NCBI GenBank assembly: GCA_947039985.1
Contig: CAMRAP010000001.1
Coordinates: 1 to 35,388 of the forward strand
Reading direction: 5' to 3'
DNA from: an uncultured Odoribacter sp.
GTDB taxonomy: Bacteria; Bacteroidota; Bacteroidia; Bacteroidales; Marinifilaceae
Length of the DNA: 35,388 nucleotides
Position numbers and translations under genes: made by a program. Positions 1 through 8,133 of the stretch are shown piece after piece. Positions within the stretch are counted from its first letter, which is position 1; each line of letters begins with the position of its first letter. The notes beneath the pieces were generated by a model. It ran no database searches and was not told the DNA's origin. It saw nothing but the letters and a program-made list of their open reading frames with translations.

Positions 1-17
1 CATTACGTTTTAAACGA

Positions 18-25
18 CAAACTTA
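18..25 (-). promoter_or_regulatory. Bacteroidetes -7 promoter element TAAGTTTG driving a leftward gene (ATG at 3..1)
   Basis: Exact TAnnTTTG match on the minus strand, 14 nt before an ATG at the window edge. Confidence 0.5.
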
Positions 26-91
26 CTTTTAAACTTTATAAATAGGGTAGACAACGTGACGCCAATAGGCGCCAAATCAGTGCTTTATAAC

Positions 92-136
92 CTAAATCGT
101 TACTATTTTCACTCTGAAAAAATAGTAACGATTTAG
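92..136. repeat. 18-bp perfect inverted repeat with 9-nt spacer
   Basis: CTAAATCGTTACTATTTT (92-109) / AAAATAGTAACGATTTAG (119-136). Confidence 0.9.
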
Positions 137-206
137 TAATGATTTGATGGCTGTTAGTGGCTTTAAGATGACTTTTAGTGGCGTTAGGATTAATTTTTTG
201 ACAAAG

Positions 207-241
207 AAAAAACCATCTAATCGACTGATTTAGATGGTTTT
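207..241 (-). terminator. Hairpin/intrinsic terminator downstream of tRNA-Lys
   Basis: AAAACCATCTAA (209-220) / TTAGATGGTTTT (230-241), ending in a U-tract on the minus strand. Confidence 0.7.
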
Positions 242-276
242 AAGTTTTTTCTGGTGAAACCTCTGTTTCTAGAAAG

Positions 277-349
277 TGATCCGTCTGGGGTTCGAACCCA
301 GGACCCCAACATTAAAAGTGTTGTGCTCTACCGACTGAGCTAACGAATC
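277..349 (-). tRNA. tRNA-Lys (anticodon UUU), CCA not encoded
   Basis: Reverse complement folds as a cloverleaf: acceptor GATTCGT/ACGGATC, D-arm GCTCAGTCGGTAGAGC, anticodon arm CAACA-CTTTTAA-TGTTG, T-arm CTGGG-TTCGAAC-CCCAG; 73 nt. Confidence 0.97.
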
Positions 350-370
350 AATATGTCTCAATTGCGAGTA

Positions 371-400
371 CAAAGGTAATCGTTTTTTTTAAAGCTGCAA
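371..400 (-). promoter_or_regulatory. tRNA promoter (-7 TACCTTTG; -33 TTG)
   Basis: TAnnTTTG at 378..371, TTG at 400..398, 19-nt spacer. Confidence 0.7.
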
Positions 401-429
401 GACTTCTGCATGTTTTTTTTAAAAAATTA

Positions 430-1026
430 TTATTCAACAATACAAACAGATTCTATCTGTTCCAAACGAAAATGCAAAGATGGCACATCTTTCTGTCTGA
501 TTTCAAGCAACATATCACATTCCAATTCAAAATTTCGCTCAATTACTACTGGATTTATTTCTTTAATAATTTTCATCACATCATTCATCACTAAATAGCT
601 AAAATGGATACGTAATTGCTCGTTTACTGTTTTTTCTACAATTACAGCATTGGATAATGCATCTATTGTAGACTCTCGATAAGCATGGATCAAACCAGAA
701 ACGCCCAATTTTATTCCTCCAAAATAACGAATCACTACAATTAAAATATTAGTTAAATCATGAGAAACAATCTGACCTAATATTGGCTTTCCAGCAGTCG
801 AAGATGGCTCACCATCATCATTTGCTCGAAATCGTAACTTATCAGCTCCCAAACGCCAAGCATAACAGTGGTGTCGTGCATCATAATATTTTTCTTTAAT
901 AGCAGCTACTATTGACTTTATCTCATCCTCATTCATTACAGGATAAGCAAAAGAAATAAAACGGCTCCCTTTTTCTTTATAAATACCCTCTGCAATAGTC
1001 TCTATTGTTTTGTAAATATCTTCCAT
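430..1026 (-). CDS. yigZ: YigZ/IMPACT family protein
   Basis: Motifs KGSRF, ARHHCYAW, DDGEPSSTAGKPIL, RYFGGIKLGVSGL. Confidence 0.93.
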   Translation of the reverse strand: MEDIYKTIETIAEGIYKEKGSRFISFAYPVMNEDEIKSIVAAIKEKYYDARHHCYAWRLGADKLRFRANDDGEPSSTAGKPILGQIVSHDLTNILIVVIRYFGGIKLGVSGLIHAYRESTIDALSNAVIVEKTVNEQLRIHFSYLVMNDVMKIIKEINPVVIERNFELECDMLLEIRQKDVPSLHFRLEQIESVCIVE

Positions 1027-1029
1027 ATA

Positions 1030-1079
1030 AAAAAATCAAAGGGTTTAAAATCCAGCTCCTCACTAAAATTTTAAACCCT
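1030..1079 (-). terminator. Probable dnaA terminator
   Basis: 12-bp inverted repeat AGGGTTTAAAAT (1040-1051) / ATTTTAAACCCT (1068-1079), followed by U-rich sequence on the minus strand. Confidence 0.6.
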
Positions 1080-1099
1080 CATGTATACTTTGATAATGA

Positions 1100-2524
1100 T
1101 CAATTCACACTACCTAGTTTCCGCTGAATATCTTCAACATCCATTCTAAAACTCTTATCTGTTGCTATTAAATTAGTAACAGCTTTACAAGCATACAAAA
1201 CAGTTGCATGATCTTTCTTTCCTATTTGACTACCAATGTACGCAAGTGAAAATTTCGTGTAATTCTTACTAAAATACATAGCTAACTGACGCGCTTGAAC
1301 CACTTCACGTTTGCGAGTCTTTGTTTGTAACAAATCACCCGAAATCTTAAAATGGTCACATACCACTTGTTGTATTTTATCAACAGTTAGTTCTTCTGTT
1401 GCTGTTTTTACTATCGTTCCTAAAATATCTTTGACAACATCTACTGTCAAATCACGCTTAATAAAAGTAGACTGAGCCAATAAAGAAATCATAACTCCTT
1501 CAAGCTCTCGAACATTATTATTAACGTATTTACAAATATAATCAATAACATCCTCCGAAAAATCAATACCGTCCTTACGAACTTTGCTAACTACAATTTT
1601 TTTACGAGTATCAAAATCAGGGCTCTTAATTTCGGCTGATAACCCCCAGCGGAAACGAGACAATAAACGCTCTTCCATGCCAACAAGTTCAGATGGAGCT
1701 TTATCACATGTTAAAATTAATTGCTTTCCAGATTGGTGCAAATGATTAAATATATGAAAAAAAGTATTTTGAGTTCCAGGTTTTCCGGCTAACTCATGAA
1801 TATCATCTAAAATCAGAACATCTATCAACTGATAAAAATGAAGGAAATTATTCACCTCATTGCGTCGTACAGCTTCTGTATACTGAGTTTTAAAAACATT
1901 TGTGGATACATACAAAACAACTTTCTCTGGAAAATTATGTTTTACCTCCAAACCAATTGCTTGTGCCAAATGAGTTTTTCCTAATCCTGAACCACCATGA
2001 ATCAACAAAGGATTAAAAGCAGTTCCGCCAGGTTCATTTGCAATTGCCATTCCAGCAGAACGAGCCAAACGATTACATCCACCTTCAATATAACTATCTA
2101 TTGTATATGATGGATTTAATTGTGAATCTATATGAATACGATTAGACTCCAATTTAAAAGGATTCTTTAACTTCGGTTCATTTACACGACTTAAATCAAT
2201 AGTATTAACTCCTGGTTGACGAATAGAAGTTGAAGCGATCGTTGTTGTTAATGATTCGACAGACTTATTACGCTCTACAACGACAGAGTAATCTAATTTT
2301 GCTTTCGGACCAATCACCGCTTGTAAAGCAACACGCAATATATTAAAATATTCCCCCTCTAATGTTTCATATACATAAGCACTAGAAACCTGTATCGTTA
2401 ATATATCTCCCTCAAACTTCAAAGCACGTATCGGCTCAAAAAGAGTTTTAAATCTTTCTGGCGTTACCTGTTCTTGTATCAAAAACAAGCACTTTGACCA
2501 AACTTTACTACTATCTTTCTTCAT
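1100..2524 (-). CDS. dnaA: Chromosomal replication initiator DnaA
   Basis: FNPLLIHGGSGLGKTHL (Walker A), LILDDIH (Walker B), RLLSRF, NVRELEG, domain IV KDHATVLYA. Confidence 0.98.
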   Translation of the reverse strand: MKKDSSKVWSKCLFLIQEQVTPERFKTLFEPIRALKFEGDILTIQVSSAYVYETLEGEYFNILRVALQAVIGPKAKLDYSVVVERNKSVESLTTTIASTSIRQPGVNTIDLSRVNEPKLKNPFKLESNRIHIDSQLNPSYTIDSYIEGGCNRLARSAGMAIANEPGGTAFNPLLIHGGSGLGKTHLAQAIGLEVKHNFPEKVVLYVSTNVFKTQYTEAVRRNEVNNFLHFYQLIDVLILDDIHELAGKPGTQNTFFHIFNHLHQSGKQLILTCDKAPSELVGMEERLLSRFRWGLSAEIKSPDFDTRKKIVVSKVRKDGIDFSEDVIDYICKYVNNNVRELEGVMISLLAQSTFIKRDLTVDVVKDILGTIVKTATEELTVDKIQQVVCDHFKISGDLLQTKTRKREVVQARQLAMYFSKNYTKFSLAYIGSQIGKKDHATVLYACKAVTNLIATDKSFRMDVEDIQRKLGSVN

Positions 2525-2904
2525 ACTCTACTGTTAATCAGGTAGTTCATTTTCATACTACCCACTCTTATTCTGGATGCTAAATTCTACAAAAAATAGC
2601 TTATAAAAAAATGCACTTTCACTTGCTTATTCTCAAAAAATGTTGTTGACTATTTATCAGACGATTACGATTTACTCGCTGATTTTCAGAATATTACATT
2701 CAATCATCCCGATCAACAAAGTAAAACGTATTTCAAAATCTCCATTACTTTATCATAAAAACAGAAACTTTACAACTCATATAACTAGATGACAGATAAG
2801 AAAATAAACGGAGTCTCATAACAATCAAGTAACATTTGTATTAAACATTATGTTAACTACACTAATCCTCGAAAATAATCTTAATTAGAATGACTCAAAA
2901 TAAC

Positions 2905-4095
2905 CTACCGCGTTATTTTAACAATATATGCATTCTCAAAAGATTCTTTCAGATCTTTAAGTTCCCCCTCTGCTTGTCGTAAATTTTCATAAGTACGAAG
3001 CAAATAAAGAAATTGACCATTCTTACGAATCTCTTTCAAATCGGGGTATTTTAAATACAGACTATCATTGGATAGCAAGCGTTTATCCGACTCAGCAATG
3101 ACCACTCCATACCGATCTGTATCTTTGACTTTATTCCCTCCAAAATCAAATACAGATAGATTTACAAAACGCTTTGGATTTTGCCTAAATTCCACTAATA
3201 ACTTATTCATATTTTCACTAATCATTGCCAAGTTATAGTATAATTCTTCATCATTTACAAGCCCTCCTAGAGTACCTTTCCCCCTATTTACTTTAGTCAT
3301 AATGGAGTCCGTTTGTATCAATACACTATTTAAAGTACGAATTGAATTATTCAAATTAATCGCTCTTAAAGAGTCGCTAATTGAAGTCATATTATCCAAA
3401 CTACGTGTAATATCAGAATTACTACTTTCCAAATTTCCAGTAATACTGTTTATATGCTTCAATATGCTTGAAATACGCACAGTCTCTTCACTCAACATGG
3501 TATTCAAAGTAACTGACGCTTGCTCTGCATTATTTATAGTACGCCCCATACTTTTTAGAGATCCACGAATATTTCCATCACTATTTTCGCTAAAAATATC
3601 CTGCAAGGCCATTAATACAGTATCTAAAGAGATCATTATATTTTCAGTCCTCACCTTCAAAGGCTCTAGTTGTTCATTCAATTGCTCCATCATTCCCCGC
3701 TCAAATTGAGCCTTTAGAGTATCTCCACTTTGAGCATAATGAAGAGCATCTCCAGGTATTAGGTCTATTGCTTTTGTTCCCATTAAATCTGCATTTTGAA
3801 TCGATGCAATAGTATTGGCAGGAATTTCTAAATCTTTACCTACTGTAAATTCAACTAAGACCTTATCAAAATGCTCTCCTACAAACTGAACATCACGAAC
3901 CTGTCCAACGCCATATCCTCGATATACTACACGACTTGAAACTTTCAAACCATCGACCTTATCATACACGCCATAAAATACATTATTGCTCTCAAATAAA
4001 GCTCTCCCCTTTAAAAAGTTTACACCTCCTATTAAAATAGCAATGGCTACAATTGCTGTTAAAGCTACTTTTATCTCTCTTTTATTTTTTATCAT
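2905..4095 (-). CDS. MCE/MlaD family protein with a C-terminal SPOR-like extension
   Basis: N-terminal TM helix, MCE motif GLKVSSRVVYRGYGVGQV, helical region, GKGTLGGLVNDEELY..NPKRFV; lies after an amidase as is usual in Bacteroidetes. Confidence 0.9.
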   Translation of the reverse strand: MIKNKREIKVALTAIVAIAILIGGVNFLKGRALFESNNVFYGVYDKVDGLKVSSRVVYRGYGVGQVRDVQFVGEHFDKVLVEFTVGKDLEIPANTIASIQNADLMGTKAIDLIPGDALHYAQSGDTLKAQFERGMMEQLNEQLEPLKVRTENIMISLDTVLMALQDIFSENSDGNIRGSLKSMGRTINNAEQASVTLNTMLSEETVRISSILKHINSITGNLESSNSDITRSLDNMTSISDSLRAINLNNSIRTLNSVLIQTDSIMTKVNRGKGTLGGLVNDEELYYNLAMISENMNKLLVEFRQNPKRFVNLSVFDFGGNKVKDTDRYGVVIAESDKRLLSNDSLYLKYPDLKEIRKNGQFLYLLRTYENLRQAEGELKDLKESFENAYIVKITR

Positions 4096-4103
4096 ATCAA
4101 CTT

Positions 4104-5231
4104 CTATTTTCGTTTCAGTTTCTCTGCCTCTGCCACTGAAATGAGATTACCCTTATATATGGCAATAATAAAACAATCTTTTATCGTAGCTCTCACGACT
4201 TTCACATCTTTTTGCACTTTCCCCAAGTCCGACGAAGCAGCCACATAGTATCTATAACGCCCATTTGTATATATCTCGCTTACTTTTTGTTTTGTATATA
4301 ATTTAGAATATCCTTTCACCTGCTCTATTGCAGAAGAAATTTGTATGGCATACATAGGGGCATTCATTCCCACTTTGCTGCTTGTGACATTTTTCTGTGG
4401 AGCAACTACATTTTTAGAATTTACAATATCTTTTTCTACACTAGCTTTATACGCTTGAAAACCTTTAAAGATACCTTGAGCTATTTTTGTTTGCCCAGTA
4501 GATGTCATCATATAACGCTCTTCATCTAAATTACTTATAAATCCTACTTCAAGTAACACAGCAGGCATAGCAGCATCATTCAACACCCAAAAAGGGCCTT
4601 GTTGTATTCCACGATTTACTCTACTTGTTGATACAGCCATTGATTTTTGCACTAAAGATGCTAAATTCAAACTTTTATCCTGGTGCATATCCTGAAGCAT
4701 ATTACCCATGATATACGAAATAGGGTCAGAAGGATCAAACCCTTCGTATTTCACAGAATAATCATCTTCATAGTGAATTGCAGAGTTTTCTTTCATGGCA
4801 ACTTGAAGATTATGATTTGAAGCATTTGCACCCAATACAAATGTCGTTATTCCTTTTACATGCTTTCCGCTAGGATTTTTCTTTATATCCAGTGCATTAG
4901 CATGAATTGAAACAAATAAATCTGCTTTTTGTTTTTTTGCAAAACTTGAACGTTCTTTTAATCCAATAAAAACATCTTTATCACGTGTATATATCACTTT
5001 GATATCAGGATACGTTTGCTTTATCAATTTACCAAACTTCAAAGCAACAGACAAAGCTATATGTTTTTCATAAGTTTTCGCGCCAAGAGCACCAGGGTCT
5101 TTCCCCCCATGTCCAGCATCAATACAGATACATTTGATTTCTCCAACATTGGCTTGTCCAAAGGATATACCGACACAAATGACTACTAATAAAAATGATA
5201 AGATCCAGGATGTTCCGAACTTTATTATCAT
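4104..5231 (-). CDS. N-acetylmuramoyl-L-alanine amidase (Amidase_3) with C-terminal SPOR-like domain
   Basis: Signal peptide; IDAGHGGKDPGA, E, FVSIHAN, MPAVLLEVGFISN zinc/catalytic motifs. Confidence 0.95.
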   Translation of the reverse strand: MIIKFGTSWILSFLLVVICVGISFGQANVGEIKCICIDAGHGGKDPGALGAKTYEKHIALSVALKFGKLIKQTYPDIKVIYTRDKDVFIGLKERSSFAKKQKADLFVSIHANALDIKKNPSGKHVKGITTFVLGANASNHNLQVAMKENSAIHYEDDYSVKYEGFDPSDPISYIMGNMLQDMHQDKSLNLASLVQKSMAVSTSRVNRGIQQGPFWVLNDAAMPAVLLEVGFISNLDEERYMMTSTGQTKIAQGIFKGFQAYKASVEKDIVNSKNVVAPQKNVTSSKVGMNAPMYAIQISSAIEQVKGYSKLYTKQKVSEIYTNGRYRYYVAASSDLGKVQKDVKVVRATIKDCFIIAIYKGNLISVAEAEKLKRK

Positions 5232-5279
5232 GGCATTATTTTTTTATAAAGAAGATAGCTATTAACAATCAATATTTCT

Positions 5280-5333
5280 TACATTTGCACTCCGAATACG
5301 GAAAGCAGAATGCATTTATTCTCCACAAAAATA
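5280..5333. promoter_or_regulatory. Face-to-face -7 promoter elements for lptD (+) and the amidase-MCE operon (-)
   Basis: TACATTTG at 5280-5287 (+); TATTTTTG at 5333..5326 (-). Confidence 0.6.
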
Positions 5334-5343
5334 GTATAATAAA

Positions 5344-8121
5344 TTGCAAATAAGAACATACATAGTCTATTTTATTACGATTTCAGTCATTTTATGTGTG
5401 ACTGCATGCTCGCTTACATCGCATTTTGTAGGAGATAGTCAAGAAATTTCACCCAGTGATACCACTTCTATACAAAAGCAAATAAAAATAACAAAGGATA
5501 GCGTTAAATCAACAAATCGACTACAAGAAAATACAATAGAAGTTCAGACAGACTCTATTATTACAGAATTACAACAAGCAGATTCAATGTTTGTGATAGA
5601 TTCCACGTCAGTTATTCTAACAGATTCGACAAGCATTAGCCAAGACACCATTCAACAGGACACAACAGAAGCAAAGCCATTATTCAATGACATTGTTACA
5701 TATAGTGCCAATGACTCAATTAAAATTTCAGTACTTGACAAGGAGATGGTCCTTTACAAAAATGGTTTTTTAAAATATCTTAGCACTGAATTAAAAGCAG
5801 ACTCCATCACTCTAGATATGACAGATAATATTGCATATGCTATTGGAATGACTGATTCAGCTGGCGTAGTAAGCGGCAAGCCAGTATTTAAAGACGGTTC
5901 GCAAGAATTTGAAAGTACCGACTTGAAATACAATTTTAAAACGGAGAAAGGGTTTATTAAAAACATTATTACTCAACAAGGAGAAGGATATGTTCAGGGG
6001 AAATTAACAAAAAAAATATCGGATGATGTATTTTGTATTAAAAATGGGAAATACACCACTTGCGACAATCATGATCACCCGCATTTCTTTGTTGCATTGA
6101 ATAAAGCAAAACTGATAAAAGACAGTAAGGTGATTTCAGGTTTTGCCTATTTAAATATCGCAGGCGTCCCTCTCCCACTTGCTATTCCTTTTGGGTTCTT
6201 TCCGATTACCAGTAAAGCAACTTCAGGTATTTTAATGCCTACATATGGAGAAGAGAAATTGAGAGGATTTAACCTTAGAGATGGAGGATATTATTGGAAT
6301 ATCAATGATTATGTCGATGCAACAATAACAGGAACCATATACACGAATGGCTCATGGGGGCTTAATTTGGGATCAAATTATAGGCTACGCTATAAATTCA
6401 ACGGAAATTTTGCGTATTCAATGAGCAAAAACCACACTAGTGAGAAAGGAACACCCGATTATACTGAATCGAGTGACTGGGCTGTGCGTTGGACTCATAG
6501 CCAAGACCCTAAAGCGAATCCATACACTACATTCTCGGCTTCTGTTGATATGTCATCCGCAAGTAACAACTATTATAACTCTGGAACAAACATCAATGAT
6601 ATAGCCAACCAACGAAAACAATCGAGTATCTCTTGGAGCAAAAAATGGCCAGATAAACCATTTAGCCTAACCACTAGTTTTAATCACAACCAAAACAGCC
6701 AAGACACCACTATCACATTGTCATTTCCAAACGTCAATTTTAGAGTCTCGAATATTTATCTTTTTAGACGTAAAGAGCGTGTTGGAGAAATAAAATGGTA
6801 TGAAAACATTGGCTTTACCTATAGCTCTGAAATTAAAAATTCAATACATACAAAAGAGGATCAACTAGGCGAATCTTTTAAACATATTGCTAGAGATTGG
6901 GACAATGGTTTTCAACACTCTATTCCACTTAGCACAAGTATCAATTTAGCCAAAGATCTTGCGGTATCTCCATCTATCAGTTACAAGGGAGTAGCTTATC
7001 TTAGCTCCATTCGCAAAGGAAATTGGGTGGAAGATTCAACCATGGCTAATTATGGTTATACCCCTATAGACACCATTTACGGTATGCATTATGCACACAA
7101 TTATACAACCAGTTTATCCTTATCATACAATCCAACGGTTTATGGTATGTATCAATTTACAAAGCCTGAGAGTAAGGTATTTGCCATCCGTCATGTTGTT
7201 CGACCTAGTGCAAGTGTCTCCTATGGGCCTAATCTAGGAGTAGACCCTGATAATTACTGGAAAACATATCTAGACAAAAATGGGAATGAACAAAAGTACT
7301 CTATTTTTGAAGGTAAAGTATATGGAACTCCCACAGGATCTGAACGTTCAAAACAAACTGGATCGCTAAGTCTTAGTCTAGATCAAAATGTAGAAATGAA
7401 GGTGCGAAACGATCAAGATACCACTGGTAAAGAGGCATATAAAAAGATCAAACTACTGGAAAGTTTTCGTCTATCTTCAAGCTATAACATTTTTGCTGAT
7501 TCAATGAATTGGTCAAATATATCCATGTCAGCACGAACGAAAATATTTAATGGTAAAATTAATATAAACCTTTCAGGAACAATAGATCCTTATGCCATCA
7601 CTGCTGATGCTAAACGGATCAATAAATACAATGGAGGCCTTGGACGTTTAACGAATCTTTCTGCCTCTACAGGCATCCAATTTTCTGCTGATGATGGCGA
7701 GAAAAAAGAAGAGAAAAATGAAAAACTAAATGGTCACTATAATGAATATACAGATTTTGATGTACCTTGGAATATTAGTTTAGACTATACATTTAATTAC
7801 TCCAAAAATTACTCTCCAAATCCAGCAGCAGGAGCGACAAAGCCACTGAGCGAAAGTACAATTTCACAGATGGTACGTATCAATGGTGATTTTTCGCTGA
7901 CTCCAAAATGGAAAATAGGATGGAGTTCTGGTTACGACTTTCAACAAAAGGAGGTGACTGCCACCAGCTTTAATTTATCCCGAGATTTGCATTGTTGGGA
8001 AATGACCTTTTCATGTATTCCTTTTGGAACACACCAATCTTATAACTTCCAAATTAATGTACGCTCTAGTCTATTAAAGGATTTAAAACTGATGAAGAGA
8101 GATTCATGGTATGACAATTAA
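5344..8121 (+). CDS. lptD: Putative LPS assembly outer-membrane protein LptD (Bacteroidetes type)
   Basis: 925 aa; YTTCD..HPHF, PLAIPFGFFP, SGILMPTYGEE, beta-strand-rich body, C-terminal RDLHCWEM..PFG..SYNF; divergent from the amidase; TTG start. Confidence 0.88.
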   Translation: MQIRTYIVYFITISVILCVTACSLTSHFVGDSQEISPSDTTSIQKQIKITKDSVKSTNRLQENTIEVQTDSIITELQQADSMFVIDSTSVILTDSTSISQDTIQQDTTEAKPLFNDIVTYSANDSIKISVLDKEMVLYKNGFLKYLSTELKADSITLDMTDNIAYAIGMTDSAGVVSGKPVFKDGSQEFESTDLKYNFKTEKGFIKNIITQQGEGYVQGKLTKKISDDVFCIKNGKYTTCDNHDHPHFFVALNKAKLIKDSKVISGFAYLNIAGVPLPLAIPFGFFPITSKATSGILMPTYGEEKLRGFNLRDGGYYWNINDYVDATITGTIYTNGSWGLNLGSNYRLRYKFNGNFAYSMSKNHTSEKGTPDYTESSDWAVRWTHSQDPKANPYTTFSASVDMSSASNNYYNSGTNINDIANQRKQSSISWSKKWPDKPFSLTTSFNHNQNSQDTTITLSFPNVNFRVSNIYLFRRKERVGEIKWYENIGFTYSSEIKNSIHTKEDQLGESFKHIARDWDNGFQHSIPLSTSINLAKDLAVSPSISYKGVAYLSSIRKGNWVEDSTMANYGYTPIDTIYGMHYAHNYTTSLSLSYNPTVYGMYQFTKPESKVFAIRHVVRPSASVSYGPNLGVDPDNYWKTYLDKNGNEQKYSIFEGKVYGTPTGSERSKQTGSLSLSLDQNVEMKVRNDQDTTGKEAYKKIKLLESFRLSSSYNIFADSMNWSNISMSARTKIFNGKININLSGTIDPYAITADAKRINKYNGGLGRLTNLSASTGIQFSADDGEKKEEKNEKLNGHYNEYTDFDVPWNISLDYTFNYSKNYSPNPAAGATKPLSESTISQMVRINGDFSLTPKWKIGWSSGYDFQQKEVTATSFNLSRDLHCWEMTFSCIPFGTHQSYNFQINVRSSLLKDLKLMKRDSWYDN

Positions 8122-8133
8122 AAAAATAAAGCG

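Larger units (their letters stand above)
1..276. mobile_element. Probable end (attL/attR region) of an integrative element inserted at the tRNA-Lys 3' end; the element continues off the left edge
   Basis: Directly 3' of the tRNA. Contains an 18-bp perfect inverted repeat (92-109/119-136), tandem 11-mers TAGTAACGATT/TAGTAATGATT, helically phased TGRC/GCCA repeats, and a leftward promoter plus ATG at the window edge. No integrase is visible, so the call is inferential. Confidence 0.5.

Noticed and set aside
2525-2904. oriC next to dnaA
   Set aside because: No consensus DnaA-box cluster, no dnaN, and too little left flank to assess skew; not supportable from this window
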